Source: Candidatus Bathyarchaeia archaeon (GTDB taxonomy: Archaea > Thermoproteota > Bathyarchaeia > Bathyarchaeales > Bathycorpusculaceae). Taken from it: a DNA stretch of 64,000 nucleotides. Below, piece after piece: positions 50,034 through 59,185 of this stretch. A program made the translations under genes and the position numbers. Location: NCBI GenBank assembly GCA_038882975.1, contig JAVZNE010000007.1, positions 1 through 64,000 of the forward strand. The letters are read 5' to 3'. A model generated the notes under the pieces. That model was not told the origin of the DNA. It ran no database searches and worked only from the letters and a program-made list of their open reading frames with translations. Each line of letters opens with the position of its first letter. Position 1 is the stretch's first letter.

Positions 50034-50573
50034 TTAGTATTGTATGCCCTTTGTTGTAACCATTTCGGCTGGATGCTTAACGTCAACAATCTCGTTTACA
50101 AAATCAGCCCTATCAATCAACTCTTTGGGAGCATACCGCCCAGTCAAAACAACATCTGTTCTCTTCGGAATTTTGTCCAAAAATTCTAAAACCTCTTTTA
50201 CGTCTAAGAGTTTGCAGTGCAGTGCCAAATTAATCTCGTCCAAAACAAGCAGATGGGGCTTTTTTTCCTTGACAATTTTTTCTGCAAACTTCAGCGCTTT
50301 CTTAGCCAGTTTCTTGTCTTCTTCGCCTAGATTGCTTAGCCCATGCCATCCTTTGCGTCCAAACTGGTAAATCTCATAATAGGGCGCCAGCACTTTCCTA
50401 ACTTTATATTCTCCGGTGTTTTTCCACCATTTCAAGAACTGAATTATGACCACTTTGCGCTTGTGCCCGATAGAACGCAACGCCAAGCCTAAAGCGTTTG
50501 TCGTCTTTCCCCCACCGGTTCCCGTGTAGAGATAAATGTAACCCAAACAATTTTCCCGTCCATTATATTTCAT
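50034..50573 (-). CDS. cobO: Cob(I)alamin adenosyltransferase (CobO/BtuR family)
   Basis: YTGTGGGKTT, IQFLK, LDEI, VLTGR, KHP, GIQY. Confidence 0.88.
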   Translation of the reverse strand: MKYNGRENCLGYIYLYTGTGGGKTTNALGLALRSIGHKRKVVIIQFLKWWKNTGEYKVRKVLAPYYEIYQFGRKGWHGLSNLGEEDKKLAKKALKFAEKIVKEKKPHLLVLDEINLALHCKLLDVKEVLEFLDKIPKRTDVVLTGRYAPKELIDRADFVNEIVDVKHPAEMVTTKGIQY

Positions 50574-50619
50574 GTTTTTGCGTATTAAGTTTTAAATAGA
50601 ATGATTCCATCATGCTTTC

Positions 50620-51045
50620 TTGGAGCATCAGCTAATGAAATATGACTATGAAGCACTGCTTAAGAGGGCGCGTTCCCAACTTCCAGAAATCACTTCAAAA
50701 CGGGAGAGACTGGAAATTCCAAGCCTCCACTACACGGTTGTGGGCATGCGCACAATAGTGCACAATTTTAGAGAAATTGCTGAAATACTGAACCGTGATC
50801 CGCAGCACATCTTAAAGTTTCTGACAGGAGAGTTGGCGACTGCGGCAATAATGCAGGAGTCACGGGTTATTTTTCAAGGCAAGTTTCCAAGGGAAACAAT
50901 TGAGAGGCTCCTTCAGAGGTATATGGAAACCTTCGTTATATGCCCGGTTTGCAAGCGTCCAGACACTAAAATTGTGAAGGAGAAACGCCTATCTTTCCTT
51001 GTATGCGAGGCTTGCGGCGCAAAGTCCTCTGTTAGGCACCTATAA
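50620..51045 (+). CDS. eif2b: Translation initiation factor aIF2 beta subunit
   Basis: YEALLKRA, NRDPQH, CPVCKRPDT, CEACGA. Confidence 0.95.
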   Translation: MEHQLMKYDYEALLKRARSQLPEITSKRERLEIPSLHYTVVGMRTIVHNFREIAEILNRDPQHILKFLTGELATAAIMQESRVIFQGKFPRETIERLLQRYMETFVICPVCKRPDTKIVKEKRLSFLVCEACGAKSSVRHL

Positions 51046-51057
51046 GAGTGTTGAAAG

Positions 51058-51354
51058 TTGAAGTGCTATATGAAAATCCGGAAAATCGGCAATAATGTAT
51101 TGCTTTCCATCTGCGACGCTGAAATTCTTGGAAAAACACTGCGTGAGGGGAAAATAGTCTTTCATGTAACAGAAGAGTTCTACAAGGGCGCAGAGGTGGA
51201 GCTTGAAGAAGCCATAGCTATGATAGAAAACTCAACAATTGTTAACATGATTGGAAAAAACGTCGTGCAGAAGGCTGTTGAAAGGGGCTACGTCCACCCG
51301 GAGGCCATTCTTAACATAGAGGGTGTTCCGCACGCGCAAATAGTGAAGCTTTAG
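51058..51354 (+). CDS. DUF424-family protein
   Basis: ICDAEILGK, EEFYKG, VPHAQ; lies between aIF2-beta and aIF1A. Confidence 0.88.
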   Translation: MKCYMKIRKIGNNVLLSICDAEILGKTLREGKIVFHVTEEFYKGAEVELEEAIAMIENSTIVNMIGKNVVQKAVERGYVHPEAILNIEGVPHAQIVKL

Positions 51355-51454
51355 ATTTCTAAGGCTTTTGGGTTAAGCATACATGCTTTTAAGGGAGAAG
51401 CGTGTCTCTTATAAAGAATGAGAAGTTCATGACTTAATGCTTTGAGGTGCTTAG

Positions 51455-51760
51455 TTGGGAAAGAAGAAGGTCATAAGTGAGGAAGAATTAAGCGAGATGG
51501 TATTGCCTTCCGGGAACGATGTTTTAGGTGTAGCTGTCAAGCTTCTCGGTTTTGACCGTGTTCTGGTTAAGTGTCAAGATGGAAATGAGCGGTTATGCCG
51601 CATAAGGGGTAAAATGAAAAGGCGGGTTTGGATCCGCGAGGGAGACGTTGTCCTCGTTTCTCCATGGGATTTTCAGTCCAACATTCGCGGGGACGTGATT
51701 TGGCGTTATACCCACGCGCAGGCGGAGTGGCTTCGCAAGAAGGGTTATTTGACAATTTAG
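51455..51760 (+). CDS. eif1a: Translation initiation factor aIF1A
   Basis: RLCRIRGKMKRRVWIREGDVVLVSPWDFQ. Confidence 0.95.
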   Translation: MGKKKVISEEELSEMVLPSGNDVLGVAVKLLGFDRVLVKCQDGNERLCRIRGKMKRRVWIREGDVVLVSPWDFQSNIRGDVIWRYTHAQAEWLRKKGYLTI

Positions 51761-51761
51761 G

Positions 51762-52574
51762 ATGTGGATTGTAGGTTTGGCTTTTCGAGAGCGTGTTGAG
51801 AAAAAGCTCCACGAAGAGGAGAAGGAATACGAAATTGAACAGCTAATGAAGGAGAAGCGTAGCGAGGAATACGAGGTTTTAGAGGAAGTTTTCGACCGCT
51901 CAACTCTAATGGTCATATATGACTTCATGAACAGCGGCGTCATAGACAGAATCTACGGCGTTGTAAAAGCCGGAAAAGAGTCCCGCGTTTATTGGGGTAA
52001 AGACAAAGCTGGAAACGAATTGGCAATAAAAATCTACCTAACAGTTTCGGCCGAATTTAGAAAGGGAATGCTCAAATACATTGAAGGCGACCCGAGGTTT
52101 AAAAATGTAAAGCGGGACACCCGCTCGCTAATCTTCGCATGGGCTCAAAAGGAATTTAAAAATCTTGAGCAGGCATTAGCCGCAAAGGTTAGGGTGCCAA
52201 AGCCCATAGCCGTGAAAAACAACGTGCTTATAATGGAGTTTATCGGGAAAAATGGCATAAGTGCGCCGTCAATGAAGGAGCAGCCTCCGGAAAACCCTGA
52301 ACGAATTTATAAAATGCTTATAACCTATCTTAAGAGGCTTTACCAAAAGGCGGAACTTGTTCATGGAGACTTAAGCGAATACAATATTATGATTTGGAGG
52401 GGGCGTCCAGTGCTCTTCGATATGTCGCAAGCTGTCCCATTATCCCATCCCATGGCTGATTTCCTCCTAAACAGGGACATAGCCAACATTAACAAGTTTT
52501 TTGGTCGTTTAGGAGTTGAGGTTCTTTCGCCAAACGAGTTTTATAGGGTGGTTACTGGAGTTGGCTCAGCCTAA
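51762..52574 (+). CDS. rio1: RIO1-family serine kinase
   Basis: EEVFD, GKESRVY, AIKIY, LVHGDLSEYN, FDMSQ. Confidence 0.93.
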   Translation: MWIVGLAFRERVEKKLHEEEKEYEIEQLMKEKRSEEYEVLEEVFDRSTLMVIYDFMNSGVIDRIYGVVKAGKESRVYWGKDKAGNELAIKIYLTVSAEFRKGMLKYIEGDPRFKNVKRDTRSLIFAWAQKEFKNLEQALAAKVRVPKPIAVKNNVLIMEFIGKNGISAPSMKEQPPENPERIYKMLITYLKRLYQKAELVHGDLSEYNIMIWRGRPVLFDMSQAVPLSHPMADFLLNRDIANINKFFGRLGVEVLSPNEFYRVVTGVGSA

Positions 52575-53142
52575 CACTTTCGTGAGAATTCCAAAAGAAC
52601 GTGTCGGCGTGCTAATAGGACCTAAAGGTGAGACCAAAAGGGCTATTGAAAAAATGCTTTCAGTTGAGCTTCAAGTAGAAAGCGACACAGGCGACGTCAC
52701 AATAACGCTGAGCGAAAATGCTGAAGACCCCTCCGTTCTCTTAAGGGCCAAAGATGTTGTAACAGCCATAGGCAGAGGCTTCTCACCGGAACACGCTTTT
52801 AGGCTGATTCAGGACGAAGAGGCCGTTCTGGACATAATAGACTTGCGGATAATCTTTGGAAGGTCGGAGTCGGACATTAGGCGTGTGAAGGGTAGAATAA
52901 TTGGTATGGATGGCAAAACAAGGAGAATAATTGAGGAGCTAACAGACACGAACATAGCTGTTTACGGGCACACTGTAGGCATTATCGGAAAAGTTGAAAA
53001 CGCCCAAGTGGCAAGAGAAGCCATCCAAATGCTCATTGAGGGGCGGCAACACGCAACAGTCTATAAATTCCTCCATAGAAAGCGCAGAGAACTTAAAAAG
53101 GGAATGCTGGAACTCTGGCAGAAACCCGAAGACATTGAATAA
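52561..53142 (+). CDS. KH-domain rRNA-processing protein (Dim2/Pno1/Krr1-like)
   Basis: RVGVLIG, AIGRGFSPE, GRIIG, HATVY. TTG start at 52561 after GGAG. Confidence 0.9.
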   Translation: MAQPNTFVRIPKERVGVLIGPKGETKRAIEKMLSVELQVESDTGDVTITLSENAEDPSVLLRAKDVVTAIGRGFSPEHAFRLIQDEEAVLDIIDLRIIFGRSESDIRRVKGRIIGMDGKTRRIIEELTDTNIAVYGHTVGIIGKVENAQVAREAIQMLIEGRQHATVYKFLHRKRRELKKGMLELWQKPEDIE

Positions 53143-53154
53143 AAGCCAAAGCGT

Positions 53155-54309
53155 TTAGGCTGTTTCTTTAAGAATTTTAACGTCAAATTTTAAGCCTACT
53201 TTTGCGGCTTCCTCCTTTATTTCCTTCAAGATGTTTTTATGAATCGGAATCCCTATTTTCTCCCTTGTCTCCATGGTTAACCATGCTTTTTCGCCGGGAA
53301 TCCAAACTTCAGCATCTTCCGATATTTTTGTTAGGTTTTTCACGTAAACCTTGTATTCTTCAATTCTTTCTAGAAAATCCTTTATTGGTGTTAGCTTGTC
53401 TATGTTTATGGCTATCATGAAGTGTCCGACGTTGGCGCGTTCCTTTTCCGTAGTGTGCTTTACATTTTTACCATAATTAGCTCCGGTTAAAACGCCACAT
53501 AACAAATCTACAACGAGGGCTAAGCCGGCTCCTTTATGTCCGCCGAAGTCTTCGCCAAAGCCGCCCAGCGGCAGCAGCGCCCCCTTCTTGGCTAAAACTT
53601 CTTTTGGGTCGTTTAGAAGTTTGCCTTCCAGAGACATAGCCCAGCCTAATGGTATTTTCTTCCCTTCCTTGGCGTAAATCTCTATCTTCCCTATAGGCAC
53701 AACACTTGTTGCCGCATCAAACAGTACTGGCGGAGGCTTTTTTGTTGGAAAGCCAACGGCTATGGGGTTTGTGCCAACATTTCTGCCAACAGAATGAGTG
53801 TAAGCCACTAAGGCTTCCGAGTTGGTCATCACCACTCCTATCATTCTACGCCTAACAGCTTGAAGCGCATAATAACCAGCTATGCCAAAATGATGACTGT
53901 TTCTAACGCCAACAACAGAAACGCCTACCTCACCAGCCTTTTTAATGGCTATTTCCATTGCCTTATACGCAATAATTTGACCTAACCCAGAGCCCCCGTC
54001 AACCAGCGCTGTTGAGGCTGATTCGCTTACAATCTTAATATTTGGCTCAGGGTTTACGGAGCCAATTTGAATGCCCGTGGTGTACCTTCTTAGCCTCTGC
54101 ACTCCGTGGCTTTCAATCCCCATTAGGTCGGCGGTTACAAGCACATCAGCAACTATCCGCGAATCCTCTTTAGATACATTGTAGGAGGTTAAAACGGTGG
54201 CAACAAAATTTTTTAGGGATTCATGGTCAACTCTAACGTACTCTTCTGGTGGGGTTGGAACAGTTTTCTCATACAGCCTAGTCAATTCTAAGCCCTCAAA
54301 AGTTATCAA
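53155..54309 (-). CDS. Ldh_2-family (malate/L-lactate/sulfolactate-type) dehydrogenase
   Basis: GIESHG, VDGGSGLG, NSHHFG, GTNPI, DAATS, GHKG, IPGE. Confidence 0.9.
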   Translation of the reverse strand: MITFEGLELTRLYEKTVPTPPEEYVRVDHESLKNFVATVLTSYNVSKEDSRIVADVLVTADLMGIESHGVQRLRRYTTGIQIGSVNPEPNIKIVSESASTALVDGGSGLGQIIAYKAMEIAIKKAGEVGVSVVGVRNSHHFGIAGYYALQAVRRRMIGVVMTNSEALVAYTHSVGRNVGTNPIAVGFPTKKPPPVLFDAATSVVPIGKIEIYAKEGKKIPLGWAMSLEGKLLNDPKEVLAKKGALLPLGGFGEDFGGHKGAGLALVVDLLCGVLTGANYGKNVKHTTEKERANVGHFMIAINIDKLTPIKDFLERIEEYKVYVKNLTKISEDAEVWIPGEKAWLTMETREKIGIPIHKNILKEIKEEAAKVGLKFDVKILKETA

Positions 54310-54355
54310 GCATATTTTATAATTTTACATTTGCCATATTCAGTTGGTAAAAATT

Positions 54356-54424
54356 ATGGGCGGGCTCTCGCACTCAAGATCCCAATCATTTTTCAGCGGG
54401 GCCAGAGTCGTCATCGCCCACCAT
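54356..54424 (-). ncRNA. Candidate archaeal box C/D methylation-guide sRNA
   Basis: Minus strand: terminal stem GGUGGGC/GCCCGCC; C box GCGAUGA; 14-nt guide; D' CUGA; C' AUGAUUG; second guide; degenerate D box. TATA-like TTTTTATC about 25 nt upstream. Confidence 0.6.
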
Positions 54425-54480
54425 GCAAAACTAAAATGCTTGACTTGGATAAAAAGTTATAGCTGAAACCTTATTGGCTG

Positions 54481-55476
54481 TTGAAGGGTATGCTTAAACA
54501 TATTAGGGTTGTGCCGCTTGCCGCTGAAAGCTTAGGCGTTCGTTCAATGTGTACGTACGTTGAAACTCCAGATGTCAAAGTATTATTGGACGCTGGGGTT
54601 TCCCTATGCCCAAACCGTTATGGTTTGCCTCCCCATCCGCTGGAGTATAAAGCCATAATCGAATCACGGAAAAGGATAGCTGAGGCTGCAGAAAAAGCGG
54701 ATGTGGTGACTGTTAGCCACTACCATTTTGACCATCATACGCCTTCCTATGAGGATTGGCTCTGCAACTGGACAGAAGCTGAGGAAACAGCCAGACAAAT
54801 CTATCAGGACAAGACGGTTTTAATAAAAAACCCAAAAGAGAAAATCAATTTCAGCCAAAGGCGCAGAGGTTGGGTTTTCCAAAAGACGGGCGGGAAATAT
54901 GCCAAAAAGCTTGAAATTGTCGATGGAAAAACCTTCAATTTCGGAGACGCCACAAGAATTAGGTTTTCACAGCCTGTTCCGCATGGTCCAGAGGATTCTG
55001 CTTTGGGATGGATTTTAATGGTTACCATCGAATATAATGGCGAAAAGTTCATGTTCGCTCCAGATGTTCAGGGACCGATGTCAAACCAAACGCTAAGCAT
55101 AATTGCTGCGGAAGAGCCTCAATTGCTAATGATTGGCGGACCACCCCTATACTTAGCTGGTTTCAGAGTTGATGAAGAACAGGCTAAAATCGGTCTAGGC
55201 AATCTTGGAAAAATTGTGAGATTTGTGCCTTGCACGATTTTAGAGCACCATATTTTAAGGGATGGACAATGGCGCGAAAAAGCTGAAGAAGTTTTTAAAA
55301 TAGCTCAGAAGGCTGGAAACAGAGTCTTAACAGCAGCTGAATTTCTCGGCAGAGAAAACACTTTCCTAGAGGCTGAAAGAAAAGTGCTTTTTGCCATGCA
55401 TCCGCCCTCTAAGGATTTTGAAAAGTGGGCTCGAGAGAGCTTAAAGATGAGGAAGAGGATTAAGCCACCCATTTAA
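54481..55476 (+). CDS. UPF0282-like metallo-beta-lactamase-fold protein
   Basis: AAESLGVRSM, SHYHFDH, PHG, DVQG, EHHILRD. Confidence 0.85.
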   Translation: MKGMLKHIRVVPLAAESLGVRSMCTYVETPDVKVLLDAGVSLCPNRYGLPPHPLEYKAIIESRKRIAEAAEKADVVTVSHYHFDHHTPSYEDWLCNWTEAEETARQIYQDKTVLIKNPKEKINFSQRRRGWVFQKTGGKYAKKLEIVDGKTFNFGDATRIRFSQPVPHGPEDSALGWILMVTIEYNGEKFMFAPDVQGPMSNQTLSIIAAEEPQLLMIGGPPLYLAGFRVDEEQAKIGLGNLGKIVRFVPCTILEHHILRDGQWREKAEEVFKIAQKAGNRVLTAAEFLGRENTFLEAERKVLFAMHPPSKDFEKWARESLKMRKRIKPPI

Positions 55477-55479
55477 CGG

Positions 55480-55977
55480 CTAAAGAGTTAATTCCATAAA
55501 GACTACGTCAAAAGCCTCTCTTTTTTCAACACTTTTAACTTTAAACCCGACTTTTTGAGCTACCCTTAACATGGCCTTGTTTGAAGCGGTTGTTTCCAGC
55601 TCGAGTTTGGCGAACCCTTCAGCCCTAGCTTTTTTAACAGCCGCTTTTAATAGGCTTGTTCCAAACCCTTTTCCCCAATGGTTTGGATGAACTGACATGC
55701 CGACTTCGCCAACACGCACTGCGCCCACATTTTTAGGACGTACTCCGACAAAGCCAACAACCTTGCCCTCAAATATTCCAACAAGAAATATTTTATCCCC
55801 CTCGACCTGAAGCCTTTCAACGGCTTCTTTAAAGGAGCAATACATTTCAGCTTTGTCGCCTTTGTAGGGTTCAATGTTCCAACGCACAACATCTGGATGC
55901 GACTCAATTTCAGCAAGCATCCAGAAATCCTCATCCCGAAATGTGTGAAACCTCGCATCCACTATTTCCAGAAGCAA
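55480..55977 (-). CDS. GNAT-family acetyltransferase
   Basis: VHPNHWGKGFG, SNKAMLRVAQKVGF. Confidence 0.85.
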   Translation of the reverse strand: MLLEIVDARFHTFRDEDFWMLAEIESHPDVVRWNIEPYKGDKAEMYCSFKEAVERLQVEGDKIFLVGIFEGKVVGFVGVRPKNVGAVRVGEVGMSVHPNHWGKGFGTSLLKAAVKKARAEGFAKLELETTASNKAMLRVAQKVGFKVKSVEKREAFDVVFMELTL

Positions 55978-56113
55978 CGATCTTCACCATCTTAAACGGT
56001 GCTTTTTGCCTTCTTGTCCACTCATATATTTTGCCTCTGATATTGTTTATAATCCCTAATAGGCGGTATCCACGTTGATGCTTGTGCCGACTACTTTTTG
56101 ATGTAGTTTAGGC

Positions 56114-56821
56114 TTAACTCTTGAGTGATTCTACACCTGTTGATTTTCCAACATAAACAATATTTACCATTCCAACGAAAAGTCCGCTTTCAATAACTCC
56201 AGGGATAACCTTCAGCTCATGTTCAAGCTCCTTCGGGCTTTTTATAAGTCCAAAATATGCGTCCAATACAAAATTCCCGTTATCAGTCACGACCGGACCA
56301 ACTTTTCCGGCGCCTTCCCTTAAGATGGATTTTCCATTAATGCTCTTGATTCTGCGTATGATAAGCGGGACGGCAAAAGGTAAAACTTCAATTGGCACCG
56401 GATGGTTGTTTTCACCTAAGGTTTTAACTTTTTTGCTTTCATCCACAACTATTATGAGTTTTTTAGACGAGTAGGCAACTATTTTTTCGCGGGTCAATGC
56501 GCCACCCATGCCCTTTATCAAGTTTAATTTTTCATCCACCTGATCTGCGCCATCTATTGTTAGGTCTAAGGTTGGATGCTCTTCCAATGTTGTTATTGGA
56601 ATTCCATTTTTCACGGCTAAGAGGAATGCTTGGTGTGAAGTGGGGACTCCCATCACTCGCAATCCTTCACGCTTAATCCTTTTCCCTATTTCCATGATCG
56701 CGTAGGCTGCCGTGCTTCCGCTACCCAAACCCACTATGAAACCGTCTTTAACATGTTTAACTGCTTCCATTGCGGCGTTTCTTTTTGCCCTTTCTAGCAT
56801 TTCATTTTTTTTAGGTTTCAA
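56114..56821 (-). CDS. rpiA: Ribose-5-phosphate isomerase A
   Basis: GLGSGST, IDGADQV, IKGMGGALTREK, VTDNGN. Confidence 0.95.
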   Translation of the reverse strand: MKPKKNEMLERAKRNAAMEAVKHVKDGFIVGLGSGSTAAYAIMEIGKRIKREGLRVMGVPTSHQAFLLAVKNGIPITTLEEHPTLDLTIDGADQVDEKLNLIKGMGGALTREKIVAYSSKKLIIVVDESKKVKTLGENNHPVPIEVLPFAVPLIIRRIKSINGKSILREGAGKVGPVVTDNGNFVLDAYFGLIKSPKELEHELKVIPGVIESGLFVGMVNIVYVGKSTGVESLKS

Positions 56822-57521
56822 TTTCCATCTGCCCCAACCTTTCCAAAACCTTTTCCACCTCGGCTCTAATCTCTTCTATGCGTTTTTCAGCCTCTGTCCT
56901 CGGAGAAGGCTTGGCAGGCAACTTCCGCCTCTTTTTCGCTTTTTCTTCGGTTTCTTCTGCCTCTGGCTTTTCCTCAATTTCTGCAGGTTTTGCTGGTTTG
57001 GGCGTCGATATTATTATCTCCTTTAATGGTTTTGCTTCAACCTTTGAGCGGAGCTCCTCGATTTTTGCGCTTATCTCATCGAAGCGTTCGCTGAAAAGTT
57101 TTATTAGGTCTTCCTGCATGGCTTCAAGCTCATGTAAAGCCACCACAGACTCGTCTTTGGCAATAGCCTCCTTCACAATCATCATCCGTTCTTTATATGT
57201 TTGGGCAAGTCTGTCACGCTCTTCCTCCGTTATTTTGCCCTCGGCGTGGGCCTCATAAAGCTTCCTTATGGCGTCACTTAAAATCTCCCTCTCCAAATCC
57301 AATATTCTAAGCTCCTCTTTGGCGCGGGCAGCCTCCTCAGAAGAAACAGTTTTAACAACTTTAAATGGTAAAACTTCTCTGGGCTTCACTTCAACCTTTT
57401 CCTCAGCCCTTTTCTCAGACTTACCCCTTCGCCCCATAGCATACAAAACTGTTAGGAGGGCAGCAACCACTCCCGCCACTACTATTATAAGCACATATAT
57501 TTGGAGCTCATCAAGGGGCAA
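56811..57521 (-). CDS. Membrane-anchored coiled-coil hypothetical protein
   Basis: N-terminal TM helix, Glu/Lys-rich helices; overlaps the rpiA start. Confidence 0.7.
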   Translation of the reverse strand: MPLDELQIYVLIIVVAGVVAALLTVLYAMGRRGKSEKRAEEKVEVKPREVLPFKVVKTVSSEEAARAKEELRILDLEREILSDAIRKLYEAHAEGKITEEERDRLAQTYKERMMIVKEAIAKDESVVALHELEAMQEDLIKLFSERFDEISAKIEELRSKVEAKPLKEIIISTPKPAKPAEIEEKPEAEETEEKAKKRRKLPAKPSPRTEAEKRIEEIRAEVEKVLERLGQMEIET

Positions 57522-57658
57522 AAGGCTTCTCCCTCTTACACTCCATTAAATCCAGTTTATGAATATATAAATTATCCAGAACACGCAAACAGCTCGTGTT
57601 AAGCCAAGAAAACTTAATAAATCAACGTTTTGCTTATTCATCTTGGCATCTTGCAACA

Positions 57659-57736
57659 GCCCTGGTAGTATAGTCCGGTCTAGTATAGGCGGCTGTCGCC
57701 CGCCCGACCCGGGTTCAAATCCCGGCCAGGGCGCCA
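57659..57736 (+). tRNA. tRNA-Asp (anticodon GTC)
   Basis: GCCCTGG/CCAGGGC acceptor stem, GGCGG-CTGTCGC-CCGCC anticodon arm, GGTTCAAATCC T-arm, encoded CCA. Confidence 0.95.
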
Positions 57737-57811
57737 CTTTTCTAAATTTTTGGAGGTCATTTCATGGAAAAAGCATATGAACAGGGTTATTTTATCACAT
57801 ATTGACGAGCT

Positions 57812-59173
57812 TTGAAATTTTCATATAAACGAAATGACCGCTTTTCTCCTAATGTCTGGCTACTTGACATTTTGAAAGGTTCCGGTGCGGCTGCTGATGT
57901 AAGTTATGATGAGAGTCAAATAGTTGTTAAAGCTTCTAAGAGTGGGTTGTGTGTTGCTTGCAAGGGTTCGCGTTTTCTCTGCGGCAAGACACGTTGTCCA
58001 ATAATTGTTAGGGCTAACTATTTCTTAAAGAGTGTTCCGTTAATGCAGAGTGAGGATATTGCTGGGGCTTCTCCTCCAAGCGTTTTTGTTGGTAGGATTG
58101 GTTATCCATATGTTTATGCTGGTCCGCTTGTTCCGCCTGTTCAAGAGGATACAAGCCTCTACGACTTGCCTGAATACTGGTTTGGGAAACCCATAGACGA
58201 GATTGTTGGTTTTCGTTCCATGCTTATTCGTGGTAAACATCGTGTGCATGTGCAGAGGTTTTTGGAAGCTGGAAAAATTATTGAGAAGACGCGGGAGCTT
58301 GCCTTGGCTGTTAATCCGGTTGATGTTGAGCTTCTTTTGAAGAAAAAGCCTAGGGGCTTCATAGTTTTGGATGATGAGGTTCAGCCTTTTGGTCCTTCTG
58401 CGCCTATACGCGATTTAAGGATTGGATATGCCCATTGGGACCACCAGATTGAGAAAGCCTACTACGACACTGACTTGAAAGCTGCAGAGGCGGTTCTCGA
58501 ACTTTATGATAAGGGCGTTTTGGTGACAAAGATTCAGAGGGCTTTTAGCGTCGGCGCCTTTGGTTTAGAGCGGAACCGCCGTCTTGTGCCAACCAGATGG
58601 AGCATAACAGCCGTTGACAGCATAATCTCAAAAGATCTTATGGAAAAAGTGAAAACCTTTCCAGAGATAAGCGAGTACCGCGTCTACGAGTCCCGCTACT
58701 TAGATAACATTTTTGAAGTTTTGATGATTCCGGGCAAGTGGAGCTATGAAGCCATAGAGGCTTGGTATCCGGGCTCTGTTTGGAACCCTCATGGAATAAG
58801 CGTTATAATGTTTTCTGATTGGGAGGGCTATGAGGGGCGAACCACATACGCCGAAATTGGCGGATGCTATTATGCGGCGCGTTTGGCTGTCTGCGAACAA
58901 CTCGTTAGGGAACAACGCCAAGCAACAGTCATAGTGCTTCGAGAGGCTCATCCGGGCTACATAATGCCAGTTGGCGTATGGCAAGTTCGTGAAAACGTTA
59001 GGAACGCCATGCGCCAGAAGCCCTACACTTTTAAAACTTTGGATGAAGCTTTAAAGTTTATTGCAAGCCGCTTTGAGATTCCCATTCGCCAGTGGATTAT
59101 GCGAAGCGAACTTTTGAAGGATGCGCTTTTCCAAAAGAGGATAACGGATTTTTTGGAAAAAATTAGAGGTTGA
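57812..59173 (+). CDS. nreA: Nre-family archaeal DNA repair protein (PCNA-interacting)
   Basis: CVACKG..LCG..RCP, SPPSVFVGRIGYP, LVPTRWSITAVD, GVWQVRE, C-terminal PIP box QKRITDFL. Start uncertain. Confidence 0.9.
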   Translation: MKFSYKRNDRFSPNVWLLDILKGSGAAADVSYDESQIVVKASKSGLCVACKGSRFLCGKTRCPIIVRANYFLKSVPLMQSEDIAGASPPSVFVGRIGYPYVYAGPLVPPVQEDTSLYDLPEYWFGKPIDEIVGFRSMLIRGKHRVHVQRFLEAGKIIEKTRELALAVNPVDVELLLKKKPRGFIVLDDEVQPFGPSAPIRDLRIGYAHWDHQIEKAYYDTDLKAAEAVLELYDKGVLVTKIQRAFSVGAFGLERNRRLVPTRWSITAVDSIISKDLMEKVKTFPEISEYRVYESRYLDNIFEVLMIPGKWSYEAIEAWYPGSVWNPHGISVIMFSDWEGYEGRTTYAEIGGCYYAARLAVCEQLVREQRQATVIVLREAHPGYIMPVGVWQVRENVRNAMRQKPYTFKTLDEALKFIASRFEIPIRQWIMRSELLKDALFQKRITDFLEKIRG

Positions 59174-59185
59174 TGCTTTAAAGCC

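Noticed and set aside
50620-53142. aIF2-beta / DUF424 / aIF1A / Rio1 / KH cluster as a novel system
   Set aside because: This is a well-known conserved archaeal translation and ribosome-biogenesis neighbourhood.
54356-54424. Fluoride (crcB) riboswitch interpretation of GGCGAUG...
   Set aside because: It lacks the crcB P1 complement and the GCUGAUG pseudoknot segment, no fluoride-related gene is downstream, and the C/D box layout fits better.
57546-57737. 63-aa minus-strand ORF MAPWPGFEPGSGG...
   Set aside because: It is the antisense reading of tRNA-Asp, a typical spurious ORF.
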